Source: the human T2T-CHM13v2.0 reference genome, Homo sapiens. From it: a stretch of DNA of 64,000 bases. Positions 1-13,386 of the stretch are shown piece after piece. The stretch lies in NCBI RefSeq assembly GCF_009914755.1, contig NC_060927.1. One strand, 5' to 3'. The notes below the pieces were generated by a model, which saw only the letters and a list, made by a program, of their open reading frames with translations, was not told the DNA's origin and did no database searches. Made by a program: the position numbers and the translations under genes. Positions within the stretch are counted from its first letter, which is position 1. The number at the start of each line of letters is the position of its first letter.

Positions 1-149
1 TTTTTGAATAGAAGGCTTAATTCAATTTAATTTCCTTTGTGGGATGTGGGGATGTTACTGTAAGATATCTGACTTGGAAGAGTAGTAATAGAATCATCGT
101 ATCCAACAGATATAGGCACTTTAGCATTGGTTTCTTCTATAACACAAAG

Positions 150-310
150 GAGTTAGACAAAACAATCCCCAAAGCTCCTTTAGTCCTAACATTCTGTGAT
201 GCTCCCGTGATAATTTAATTCAATTACCTCCTTTCACAGAGAAGGAAACTGAGTCCCAGAGAATAAACATTGGTCAAGACTATACATGGTACTTAACTGG
301 CAGCATAAAC
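150..310. mobile_element. MIR/MIR3 SINE fragments
   Basis: 'aaagctcctttagtcctaacattctgtgat' (MIR3-like tail) and 'acagagaaggaaactgagtcccagaga' (MIR core, antisense). Confidence 0.55.
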
Positions 311-1034
311 AAACTGGAAGGCACAATGCTAAATTCACAGCTCGTTTCGTTGTTTCTTAGAGTGTGTTTCAGAGCCAGCCACTTAACTGAAGACAGGAAT
401 TCCAAAATATTTATCTACCAAAGAGTTGGCTCAACTTTTCACCATAGCATGACTGAGTGAACATATTTGAGTTATCAGTTCTCCTATTTCATGACACAGG
501 TATGCTACAATTTACAATTTTAATTTTTTTATTTAGGAAATTATAGATAAATAAGTAAATGTAGATCTTACTATTATTTCAAAATGTTCACATAAAAATC
601 TGTGGAACTTGATTACTCTATTGCCAAATTAATAGACAACTAAATCTTAAATTAATTCCTAAGTTTACTATTCATTTCAATGGCGCATATAATATGTTCT
701 TTTTATATCTGTAGACTAGATAACTTGTTTTCATAAAATCAAACCATAGGAAAGTCAATATTTCCTTTTCCCATCTTCTCTTTATGGCACAGTCAAGGAA
801 GCATATCTATCTTTGATATATTTGCAAACATTTTGTGTTCAATATGGTCCAACATTTTCCTAAATTTAAAGTTAAGTATAACATAGTGCCAAAGCATACA
901 TCTTTATTATCAGTAAATATATGTCAATAAATATTATCAATATTTGGCAATAATAACATTGTATTTATATTTTTCAAATTGATTTTACTTTACCATTTTA
1001 CTGTCACAGTATATTCTTTCCTTAGAAAGGGTGA

Positions 1035-1423
<389 letters not shown>

Positions 1424-1470
1424 ACACTTTTTTTTTTTTTAATGCAAGTAGAGAAACAGCTCTCTAGTAA

Positions 1471-1475
<5 letters not shown>

Positions 1476-1505
<30 letters not shown>
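1476..1505. repeat. (CA)n microsatellite
   Basis: pure AC run. Confidence 0.95.
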
Positions 1506-1507
<2 letters not shown>

Positions 1508-1859
1508 AAAACCCTACTCGTCTTGGTTCTTAGCTTGGTGCTTCTTTCCTTTAGCCTCAGTGCAGAAAGCGCCATGTATTTGAATATTCAAGTCATTCAC
1601 CTTTTGTAACTGCTTGAGAGACAATACTAATGAAAAAATATGTTTCACGAGCCATGTTTTCACTCCTGAAACATTCAGTGTCATTTATTGCTTTCCAAGT
1701 GTGTGGTTTGAAGACACACACATATTTTCTTTAAAAATCTGTAGCTTTGCTGAAAATAAATCTGGCTCATAAAAATAAAGAAAAAACTATTATTTCTTGG
1801 CAGCTCTGAATGTATGGCTTTAATTTCAATAAGAGTACTATCTTAGATTATTTATTTAT

Positions 1860-2175
1860 TGATTATCTTGGTCGTTTAGTAAGAATTTTCTGAGCACCTG
1901 TATCTGCCTATTTTAGGTGAAGGGGATATGGCAGGAAAACAATTTCTGTTTTCATGGAGTTTACATTTTAGTTGAAGAAGATAGGCGATATATAAATAAA
2001 ATAGTAGAATATATAGTTTGTCACCTGGTAATAAGTGCTTTGGAGAAAAGCAAATAGGAAAGGAAGGTAGAAAATTGTTAGGAGGAGAGTTAACAGCTTT
2101 AAAAAGGGTTGTGGGGAAGGCCTCATTGGGAAGGTGATTTCAGAAAAGACTTGGAGAATGTGAGGAAGCTAGCTC
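1860..2175 (-). mobile_element. L2 LINE 3' fragment
   Basis: 'tctgagcacctg...catggagtttacattttag...gggaaggcctcattgggaaggtgattt' typical antisense L2 3' end. Confidence 0.7.
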
Positions 2176-3050
2176 TTCAGATTTCTTCAGAGGGTTCTGT
2201 TCAGTTGAACAAAGCAGCAACAACATAAATGTTTCTCTAAACCTTCAGGCTGATTCACTTTGACAGATACGCCTTTCAGATGATTACCAAACCATTTGAA
2301 ACTAATTTCCTTCTCTCCCAGAAAATTCCCCAAGTGACTGAGAGCTTATATTTTCCTGGAACTGAAGACGTGAATAAGGATTGATGTAATTTTCATCTGT
2401 AATATTTCCAGAGAGGAATTGGGCACATCTTGACATTTAGGGAACAGTAGTTAGTAGTAAATGTTTCTCCAGAGTTTTTAGACTCCATCGTCACTATTTA
2501 TTATAGATTGGAAATTCATTTTGGTGGTCTGCTGGTCCAAGACAGTGAATCACAACCCAAATATCAGCCCCTCCCCATCAAAAGAAGAGATTATTCTGTT
2601 TCTGGTGTCTAAGGATTATTAAATATTTGAGATGAATTTATATTAATATGTTACCTTAAATACAAACAATCAACAAAAGATTAAGCTGTCTGTTTTGTGA
2701 TCTTATTTATTTCTTCAAGAAACAATGAAAACTTCTCATTTGGTTTTGGAACTTACTATTTGGAACTTTATGATACAGGATATTGTATGTTAGCCTGAGT
2801 CCACCTCCCCCCTTGAAAAAGGATAGTCAAATAATAAACTTTGCCAACTCTGAGGCTCTGTGTATTCCTGTTCCTGCTCTGAGTGTCCAGGAAGAACAGC
2901 AGACTCCTAAGAACATTAATGAAAACAACAACAACAACAACAGCAACACGTGAAGGTTACATTCACAGAGAGATCTGCCATAACCAGCACAGCAGCTGGT
3001 TGAAAGCTACAGAAGAGACTGAACTGATTCAATGCATGTCAAGAGTTTTT

Positions 3051-3423
3051 TGTTTGTTTGTTTGTTTTATTTTAAGTTCTGGGATACATGTGCAGATGTG
3101 CAGGATGTGCAGGTTTGTTACATCGGTAAACATGTGCCATGGTTTGATAGGTGGTTTGCTGCACCTATCAACCCATCACCTAGGTATTAAGCCCAGTGTG
3201 CATTAGCTATTTTTCTTGATGTTCTCCCAACCCTCACCCCCTGACTGGCCCCAGTCTGTGTTGTTCCCCTCCCTGTGTCCATGTGTTCTTATTGTTCAGC
3301 TCCCACTTATAAGTGAGAACGCAGTATTTAGTTTTATGTTCCTGCAACCCAAAGGAATATATATCCTTCTATTATAAAGATACATGAACCTGTATGTTCA
3401 TTGCAGCACTATTCACAATAGCA
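3051..3423 (-). mobile_element. 5'-truncated L1PA with 5' inversion
   Basis: antisense L1 3'UTR (3051-3345) joined to sense ORF2-end piece 'aacccaaaggaata...ctattcacaatagc'; TSD aagagttttt at 3041-3050 and 3424-3433. Confidence 0.85.
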
Positions 3424-4080
3424 AAGAGTTTTTAACTATGAGTTCCTTTAAACTTCTTTATCAAATAATTAGCATTGGAAAATATCATCATCTAGAAGTT
3501 TCTGCGGATGTCTACTCACAGTAGACTGTGTCTTCGTAAATGGATGGGCCACCTCAAAGATTTTGGTAAGAGTGGGCATAAATGGGCATGTAAGTGATCA
3601 CATTTTTTACTTCACTGGCAAATAAAAATGGGGTTACTTATTTGCCTCCTATGGAAATTTAAGATTCTACTAATTTGTATGCTTTCTCTTAATTATTTAC
3701 TACTTTTCAATAGGAGTGAAGTACCTGGAGTCACAGGCCTAGCTTTGGTTTCTTTGGGACAGCTTTTCAAAAATGGTGTTAATCACTTAAAAATATGTCT
3801 AAGCTCTTACAGTGCTAGGCATTGTAGGAAAAATACAGCAAGTCATTTATTGGTCATAAAGACCTTACAGTGAAATGGTGAGTGGAGAAGGGAAGAAGTT
3901 TGCAGACTTCCTTCTAAATAAGACTCAGACAGAAAGCAATGGAAGTTCAATGGAAAGGAAGGTTGCAGTGACATTAGTTTTTTATTTTTTCTTATTTTGC
4001 AGTGACATTGATTTGAAAAAGACATTTGGGAAACATGTAGAATGTGCCTGGGTTTGCACTTTGCTTCTGGAATTCACTAA

Positions 4081-4376
<296 letters not shown>

Positions 4377-5219
4377 TAAGGTGAGTTTCTTAACCGATCT
4401 GAGCCTCATCATTTCTTCATCTGTAAAGCAAGCACAGTCTTTCCTAATGTGCATTGAGGTTACAGGTAATCAAGAGTGCATGCTAAGCACTTGGCATTTT
4501 GTCTGGGACAAGGTAGGTGATATTGTCATTATTAAGAAAGATCAGGAAGGGCACCCCACAAGCTTGAGGTCAGAATGCCTAGCAATTGGAATTACTCAAC
4601 ATCTGAGTTAAGGCTGGGCTCTAACACTAGTTAGCTGGGCACCAAGGAAAACTCAGCGTAGGATGGATATTGTGTGCTGATGAAATGCTACATGGGGTGG
4701 TGATATTTACTGCCCCAGGTTCGTCATGGTGTGGAGAAGGTAAGGTGTGATCCTAAATATGAAGCCCCTTTAAAAGGCAATTATCAGCCATACAAATCAG
4801 GAACACTAGCATATAGAGAGCAATTTGAAATTTGTATTTGGCAGGTGTGTCTTGGAGAATCTCTAGGGAAAATATGTCCTCTTAAAAACCTTAGAGGATC
4901 TGTGAAAAATGTACCTTGCTGCCCCATCTGAAGGCTTCCATACCTCCTCTTCTTTCCTCAAACCCTCAGATGGGACATGGATTGCTTCCTTCTGTCTCTT
5001 CATTACCGGGGATAGTATTAATTCTTTGGTGTTCTTTATTATCCTTATTTTTATTATTATGTGAGAAATTTATTAGTAAAATTTTCAGTAAGTAGGATTA
5101 CAAGCTAGTCTACCTGTGGATAGAATTGCAGCATATATAATACAATGAGAGAGTAGGGAGGGGAGATAAGGAAGCAAGGAAGAGAGAAAGGGAGAGAGTG
5201 ATTTGTTTAAATTTTTAAA

Positions 5220-5500
5220 TTATTTTATTTTATTTTATTTTGAGACAAGATCTCGTGTCTCCCAGGCTGGAGTACAGTGCTGTAATCGGCTCACTGCAGC
5301 CTCGACCTGCTGAACTCTAGCAATCCTCCCACGTCAGCCTCCCTAGTAGCTGGTACTACAGGTACATGCCACCACTCCCGCTAATTTTTTGTTTTTTTTG
5401 TAGAGACAGGATCCCACTATGTTGCCCAGGCTGGTCTTGAACTCCTGGGCTCAAGCAGTCCTCCCGCCTTAGCCTTCCAAAGGTTGGCATCAGCCACCAC
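5220..5500 (-). mobile_element. AluJ
   Basis: (TTTTA)n tail and diverged Alu body. Confidence 0.9.
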
Positions 5501-5609
5501 AATTCAAGAAAATGAAATAAATTAACAAAATTATTAGGCTAAACCATGATTTTTTTTCAGACACTGAATTTAAGTTTCTAGGTGTGTGCATTAGTAAGAT
5601 CTAAAAACA

Positions 5610-5770
5610 TTTCTCTTTTATAGGAAAAGAATTGAAAACTTTGAGAAAAAGATAAAGTGCCCAAATCAAAGCATGCAGAGCTAACAAATGGTAGAGCCGG
5701 CAATTGAACATAGGTCTCTCCATAGGCAAAGCCTATGTATGCCCTTTCCAGGGCACCAGGCTGCCTCCCT
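5610..5770 (-). mobile_element. MIR
   Basis: 'gctaacaaatggtagagccggcaattgaacataggtct...caccaggctgcctccc'. Confidence 0.65.
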
Positions 5771-6591
5771 TAGCCTTGGCACTTGACTTTGATACTGGAT
5801 ACTCTTTTTAAAGACGATGTTATGTAAGTATACAAGGGTTACTTGTTTATTGCTTTTTAATTCACTCTCTACCCAGTATTTAACTGAAACTCTGACTTTC
5901 AAGGAAGTGTTATCTGTTATTAACAGACGTCAGGGTATAACAAAAATAAATTATTTTTATTTAGTAGTTTAGGTAACTTCCTGCCTTCAACATTTAATGC
6001 TTTGTTCAAACTTCTATGTAGAGAAGAATCTAGTTCATAGATATTTTTCATAATGATCATTCAAAGAAGTGGTGTTCACAAATCGGTGGTTATCTCAATT
6101 AGCTACCATCTTCCTCCTTTATGAGCATTTCCCTTCTCCTTTCAGACAGAAATAATATCTCTCTCCTTGGTGCTCCAACAGCGCTCTGTGCCTCTTCAAT
6201 GGCAAAGCTGCATTTGCTTTGTCTTCTTCCTTGGCGGCTATAGTTTTGATCTAGACTGTAAATTCCCCACTAGACCATAAGTTCCTGTATCCTTCATTTG
6301 TAATATCTTAACAATATTCCAAGTATTTATTAGCCTAATTAAATTTTATGTGCCGTATTTTTAAACCGTTTCAGAGGAATTAATTTTAACAATGACTGGG
6401 TTATTTTGGTCAGATAATTCGTGAATAATAAGGAACATTAAAGCACTAACTAGTCCTGGTAATGGAGAGGCAGAAGGAAAGAATTTGGTGCTGGACCTAA
6501 TGGCTGGAAGAAAGGATGAGCTGTGGAAAGGTTTTAGAAAGGGCTGCATAGTACATTTTCAGGTTTTTATTTGCTAACTCTTTTTCAGCTA

Positions 6592-6671
6592 TTAGGTTGG
6601 TGCAAAAGTAATCGCGGTTTTTGCCATTGAAAGTAATGGCAAAAACCGCGATTACTTTTCTGTTAACATAA
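6592..6671. mobile_element. MADE1 (Hsmar1-derived MITE), 80-bp palindrome
   Basis: ttaggttggtgcaaaagtaatcgcggtttttgccatt-gaaagt-aatggcaaaaaccgcgattactttt...; TA on both sides. Confidence 0.95.
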
Positions 6672-7644
6672 TATTACAAATATGAAAGTGTGGATAATCA
6701 AAATAGAGCTATAAACAATTTGATAGAAATTAATTTCTGAATCATACCTTCCTTCTCTGCTGCGGATACATAACAGTTGGTAGAATTTATTTCTGTGGGA
6801 AAACTTGTACCTATGTTCAGCCTGTGACATGAAAATCTCAGGTACTGCATCAGCAATGCATCATCATCTTTTTCTTTCTCCCATTTTTATTGCTTTTGTG
6901 ATCCTGTCCTGAATTACTGGCAATGCCTCGAACAACTTTAAGTCTCTTGCCGTAACTTGGACTTACGTGCTACAGTTAATAAAAAAGTCTTTAAAGAGCA
7001 TTAAGGTCTTAAATAGCAAAAGCATTTTGATATTTCAGGACTATTGCTAACCAGGGGAATCAAAGAACATATGGCAAAAAGCTGTGCTTTTTCACATTCT
7101 GAGTAGGACGGGGCAGGGGAAATTGTGAAGAAAATGAGATAGGCCTGAAGACGTCCTGTGATTCCCTCCCTCCTGGCAGCCCAAGTGGGCCCTGGAACTC
7201 CCAGTTACTCCCCAACCCCCACCCTCACAACAGCATCCTCCCCAATGTCTTTTGGTCTTAGAAATAGATCTGACAAATATTTCCACTCTGAGGTATCCAT
7301 GTTAAGGTCATGATGTATAAACACGATGAGGGAGTGAAAAGTAAACAAGCAAAGCTACAGAAGTTTTAAACCAACAAATGAGCATCTAATTGTGGAATGT
7401 GGGGCACTAAGAAGCTGGTTGAGGGAGAATTTGGAGAGTGTCAGTTCTTCCTATAAAAGGTTACCCTAATCCTAGAGGATAATATTCTGATCTTCTCTGA
7501 AGAAAGTATACAACTTACAAGAAAATTCAGAGGGCATCAACTCCACCTGGAAGAAAATCCAGCTGTTTTTAAGTTCTGATGTTTTGTTTTGATTTATCAT
7601 TTTTTCCTTGCCAGTGATTTATAGTTGTAGAATGTTTAGAATTG

Positions 7645-7922
7645 GGTTAATGGGTACAAAAATTCAGTTAGATAGAAGGAATACGTTCTAGTATTTAATA
7701 GTACAGAAGGGAAATTATAGTTAATAATAACTTATTTATATTTCAAAATAGCTAAAAGAGAAGAAGTGTAATGTTCCCAACACAAAGAAAAGATAAAAGA
7801 TAAATGTTTGAGATGACAGATATCCAATTACCATGATTTAATCATTGCATGTTGTATACATGTATCAAAATATAACATGTAACTCCAAATACATACAAGT
7901 ATGATATATCAATTAAAGAAAT
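7645..7922 (+). mobile_element. L1MA 3' end
   Basis: 'gggtacaaaaattcagttagatagaagga...caacacaaagaaa...tgtatcaaaatataacatgta'. Confidence 0.8.
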
Positions 7923-8680
7923 CCAAGAAAGGGGTGTCTCCATTTTTAGGACAGTTCAAACCAAAATGTTCTTCAGCTGAAGTTGTCTGCTGTGGTGGGA
8001 CTTGGGGAGAGACTAGACTGCAGGGAGGAATGAGCCAGTGGTGGAGGTGGGGGGATAGACAGGAAGCTATCACAGGAGTTCTCAGCTGGGAAGATGGAAG
8101 TCAGCACTAGGAAAAGTCACAGGAGGATCAAATTATTCTCTTCACCTATCTCTGGCTCCTCCAGCTGCCCCCATCCATCAGCTGGTTTCCACAAATAACT
8201 GGCCCTCTAGAATCTTACTTAAAAAATGTTCTCAACAAAGGGTTCCTACTCCCACTCACATTACTTTGAAGAGATAAGCTGGAATGTTTTACAAACAACC
8301 AGCTGAACAGGTTGAAAGAGCAGATGTTAAGCTGAAATGTTGCAATGACTAATTTTGGTTCTTGGAACACCAAACACTAGATGACATCAAGTGTGTATTT
8401 TTAGCCTTATTTATAATGTGACAAGTCACATTTCACTCTCTCCTCATTGTCAAAGGCTATTTCCAAAGGATTACGAAGGAAGATCTGACTTGCATTAAAG
8501 CTTCTTTGACTTTGAACACAGCACATGTTTTCCATAAGGAAATCAATAAAATCTGAGAGTAGAACTTGAATAATATATTTCATTTCTAATGCAGCACTCA
8601 CCTAGATAATTTATAGTGTCTCATTTTAAACTTTGCAAAATCACTTGGATGGGTTCTTGTTCTTCTAGTTTTTTATAGTT

Positions 8681-9000
8681 CATTAATTCAACAACTATTT
8701 ATTGTGCACTTGCCATATAGCATAGGGACACATATATTCATAAATTGTTGGAGATAAACAGATAGCTCTGATGAACTTCATACTTTGAAGGAGGAGACAG
8801 CCCCATGAAGAAACAATGAGAAATACAGTCTGATCATTAATATAAAGAGAGGTGTGAACAACATGTGAACCTGGCTTTTGAAAGGAGAGGCAGGAGGAGC
8901 CAGGGAAGGCTTCATGGAGAAATCTGGTTTTGAAAGACATAGAAATGAGATAAGTGAGCAAAAGAGGTTCCAGGTTGAAGGGCAATGTGTGCAAGCCTGT
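8681..9000 (-). mobile_element. L2 fragment
   Basis: 'cattaattcaacaactatttattgtgcac...cagggaaggcttcatggag'. Confidence 0.6.
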
Positions 9001-9174
9001 ACCTCATATTCTAACATCACAGCATATGTACGACACTGTATCTAGCACAGTTGTACATTGTGTCATCAGTCTGTACAATATGCTTTTGTACTTGACTCTA
9101 TAAATCATGAAGCTTGACAACAGTGGTGCAATTTTTTTGTTGTTATTGTTTTGTTTTTCTTTTTTCCTTGTGGT

Positions 9175-9370
9175 TAAGTTGGTGATCTCAAGCTTTAGCC
9201 TGTGAATGAATCAACCTGATTGATTAAACATGGGTGACCCGGGCCATATTCCCAAAGACATGATTCAGTTGATCTAGGTGGGGCCTGGGAACCTGTATAG
9301 TGTTTTTAAAAGCCCTCTAGTGATTTTAATTAAGAGCATCAGAAGATCATGCATTGAGAAACACTAGATT
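9175..9370. mobile_element. MER5-type hAT-Charlie DNA transposon
   Basis: 'tgattcagttgatctaggtggggcctgggaacctg...ttgagaaacactag'. Confidence 0.6.
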
Positions 9371-11129
9371 AGGGAGGATAGAAAGTAAGGAATTTCTGTT
9401 TCTTTTTTAGGTTTTTATTTGCAGAAGGAGAAAATGAGGAAGAGAAAGGGTTGGTAAACAGTGTAGGACAAAGGAAAACAAAAGTAGCTGAGAGAGGAAT
9501 TGAGAGGTGTTGGCCAGTAGGAATCTAGGTATCAAGAAGATAAGCTGCTGATTGTCAGCGTTTGGGAGGGAGATTTGCACAGGAAGGTACACAGTGTGAG
9601 AAAATAGCAATAATACTATGTAATGTAAAAATCTTAACACAGAAATGGGCTGCAGCTATGCCAAGATAAAGCATCCTTTTACAAATATAGTAGAGAACTG
9701 TGACTGATGACAAAAATAAAAGTTGGATAGATTGTGCTGATAGTTTATTTGGATATTAAATAGAAGGTTGGCCTCAGAAAGTTTTTTGTTGTGTTCTGGC
9801 ACCATCTCTGCCAATTGTGTTCTGGAAAATATCTCTTCGTGTTTATTTTCTCATCACAATGAAAAGAGAGCAATGATGTTACGGACAATGCCATGGCTCA
9901 CTGGAACCTGTTTGTGTTGAAGCAACAGAGATTATCTTGATTTTGCAGTTTCCTAATATCATTTATTTAATTGCTGGTTACACCATTACTCGTGATGCTG
10001 CATTATTCATTGTGACCCCATGAATATTGGCTTCCAATGACACTCAAAGGTTATTATTGTGCCGAGTTAAGTGCCACATATGTACTTGTGATGACTACAA
10101 ATGCAAGTTTTATGCAGAGTATTCAGAAAAAATGGAGAACAATAATTCATTTGCTATTCATGTTAAGTTTACAGACTGGAATGTTAGAGCATAAACTAGA
10201 GCAATGCAACAACCAGCCATGTTTTCTCTTTAACTTGTTAAATTGTAATGATGGATTCTGAGAATGTGATCCCTTTCTATGTGGCTCCCACCTGTGCCTT
10301 CCATTCACTGCCGCTCTTGGGGAGAAGATGTGAGAGCCCAAGGGCAGAGCAAAAAGAGCAGTCCCATTTGCACAAGAAATGTCCATTTCTCATCTGTCAT
10401 GGATTAAAACTGACCCAGGAGAGACCTCTATCATTGTACCAATCAGCCAAGAGAAGACAATGATGAGAAAGGTCCATTGGCTTTGCAGAGCAACAGATTC
10501 TCCAGAGCACTGCTGGATGCAGGGTATGGACCCTGAAGATAGGTGGAATGACTGCTTTGAGTGCCAGTGGGTGAGGGACACATAAGCTGAGAGATCACTG
10601 TTCCCACCATCCTTAGGTGCTATAGACAGTATGTGGCATCAGGGTTGAGATACAGATAGGCAAGAGCTGATGCATGGGACCACACATCTGGCTCAAACCC
10701 AAGTACCAGCAATGGTCCTCAGTAGCTTGGAGCCCAGAACTTATCTTTTCAGTGGGGTAAGAGCCACCCAAGTTAGCCATTCTGATGGTCCCATCTCACA
10801 TAATCCCATGAAAGAAATACTGCAAGAGTCAGCAGGAGTGATCCACTTGTCAGGCCACTGTCCTGGAACCTGCATCTGAACCATTCTCCTGGAGCCTATT
10901 AGCATGAGTTCTGATGCTCTTCAGGATCTTGTGCAGAGGAGAGGGTTGCAGAGCATTTGGAAGAGAAGAAATGGGGTTTAAGATCAGGACATCATGCCCA
11001 GACAGCATTGGTAGACCTGATTGAGTTCAGGCAACTGAGGGTACTTAGAAAATGCTGAGGAAGTCATACAAAAATACGAAGTCTCAAACAGGGGCCCTCC
11101 TTACCCAGATCTCAGGGCAGTACTGCTGT

Positions 11130-11310
11130 CTGGATTCATAATCACAATTCCAGTTATAAACTTTGTGATCTTGAAAAAGTTATTTAACTGAACCTCAGTT
11201 TCTTTATAGATAAAATGGGGGTTATGTCTTACAAAGTTGCAAAAATTATATGAGCTAATTTATAAAGTGTCCAGCATAGTAATGCTTAGTAAGTTTAGCT
11301 ATTGCTAGCT
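11130..11310 (+). mobile_element. MIR
   Basis: 'tgtgatcttgaaaaagttatttaactgaacctcagtttc...taaaatgggg'. Confidence 0.7.
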
Positions 11311-11409
11311 ACTCATACCTCAGCCAGGGACGTGGGTGGGGTCTGCCTGAGTTGTTTGGGTCTATAAACAACTTGTTGCATTTGGGCAAATTCTTCTATA
11401 TAGAAAGTA

Positions 11410-11470
11410 TTAGGTTGGTGCAAAAGTAATTGTGGTTTTTGCCATTAAAAGTAATGCCACTAAAAGTAAC
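11410..11470. mobile_element. MADE1, one arm only
   Basis: ttaggttggtgcaaaagtaattgtggtttttgccattaaaagtaat then a 15-bp tandem copy instead of the second arm. Confidence 0.85.
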
Positions 11471-11543
11471 CTTATACTATTTGTTTCCGATTATAAAAAT
11501 GATGTTTGTTTTAGGAAACTTGAAAACTATACAAAAACATTAA

Positions 11544-11877
<334 letters not shown>

Positions 11878-11999
11878 TCAACAAGTATTTTTTTGAGTAC
11901 CTGCTATGTACTGTAGGACTGGTTTTAGACACTGATGATCCAGTAGTGAACAAAACCAATAAAGTCCCTGTCCTCTTGGAGGAGAGACATACAATAAAT

Positions 12000-12090
12000 T
12001 ATACACATATCTAATATAGTATATCATATATATATTTACACATATATGCATATACCTCTGTGTGTGTGTATATGTTTGTGTGTGTATATA

Positions 12091-12121
<31 letters not shown>
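12000..12121. repeat. compound (TA)n/(TG)n microsatellite
   Basis: seen directly. Confidence 0.9.
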
Positions 12122-12123
<2 letters not shown>

Positions 12124-12305
12124 CATAGGTGTTCATATGGTATGTCAGATGGTGATAAGTACAAACAGAAAAATAAGTCAGGGCATGGGGCATATGGAGT
12201 GCCAGAAGGTTTAGAGATAGGAGTTTTAAATATAGTGGCCAGAAGAGACCTCACAGAAAAGGTGACATTTGAACACGTTCTTGAAGGAAATAAGGGAATA
12301 AATCA

Positions 12306-12670
12306 TGTGTCTTCATTCAGGCTGCTTTTTCAAAAATACTGTAAACGGAATGGCTTATAAACCAGAAAGATTTATTTCTCACAGTTCTGGAGGCTGAGAA
12401 GCCCATGATTATGGCACCAGCAGATTTGGTGTCTGGTGAAGACATGTTTCCTCACAGAGAGCACCTCTGGCTGTGTCCTCACATGGTGGAAGGGGAGGGC
12501 TAGTTTTGTGGGATCTCTTTTATAAGGGCACTAATTTCAGTCATGAGGGGTCTGCCCTCATAACCTAATCACCTCCCCAAAAACCCACCTTCTAATACTA
12601 TCCATCACCCTGGGGGTTAGGATTTAAATGTATTAATTTTGGGGGGACATAAGTGTTCAATCTATAATGC
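12306..12670. mobile_element. MLT1A-type MaLR LTR
   Basis: 'tttatttctcacagttctggaggctgagaag...taatcacctcccc...gggggttaggattt'. Confidence 0.85.
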
Positions 12671-12912
12671 TATGAGTATAACTGGAGGAAGAGCATTCCA
12701 GGCAGAAGAATGTAACACCAAGAGTTCTGAGGCAGGATCATGACTCACATATGTGAGGAACAGCATGGCAGCCAGTATGGCTAAAGCAGAGTGGTGATCA
12801 ATAGAGTGATGAGTGATAGAAAGAAAAGGCAGTGAAGGAAAGCAGATAGTGTGGGGCCTTGTAGATCATTATAAAGACCATTGCTTTTATTCTAATTAAC
12901 ATGGGAAGTCAT

Positions 12913-13386
12913 TGTTGGAGTAGATTGTCCTCCATGGACGTCTTACGCACCTTCATACTTCATTGCTAAGTATGCCAAGAATGCAAGTCCCTGAGCACTC
13001 TTTATCCAGACCATTTCTCCGAGTCGTGTTTGTAATGAGCAACCTTGAGGGATGCCTTCTTCCAGAACAAAGAGCAGGCTTGCTTAGTGCTTGCTATAAA
13101 ATGATGCATTCCATGAACTCATTGTCCCTCTCTTATAATGTACCCCACTGCATATGCACATATTTATTTTGGCCCATTGCCTTGCTGTCAAGGGACCTGG
13201 AGAGTATGGAGAACTGATGTTTGCAGCTGATGCTCATGCTGCCTGCTGGGCTCTGAGTAACAAAATCCTTCATGTTGGACCTAGGAGTCTTTTTGTCTTT
13301 GCTAGCATCCCTGAAACACTAATAGGCTAATTTATTAACTTCGAAGTAGGGTAATATAAATCTCATACTCTTCACAGTTCTTGACA
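12913..13386 (+). mobile_element. LTR40-type ERVL solo LTR
   Basis: TG...CA ends (tgttggag ... cttcacagttcttgaca); 5-bp TSD gtcat/gccat. Confidence 0.75.
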
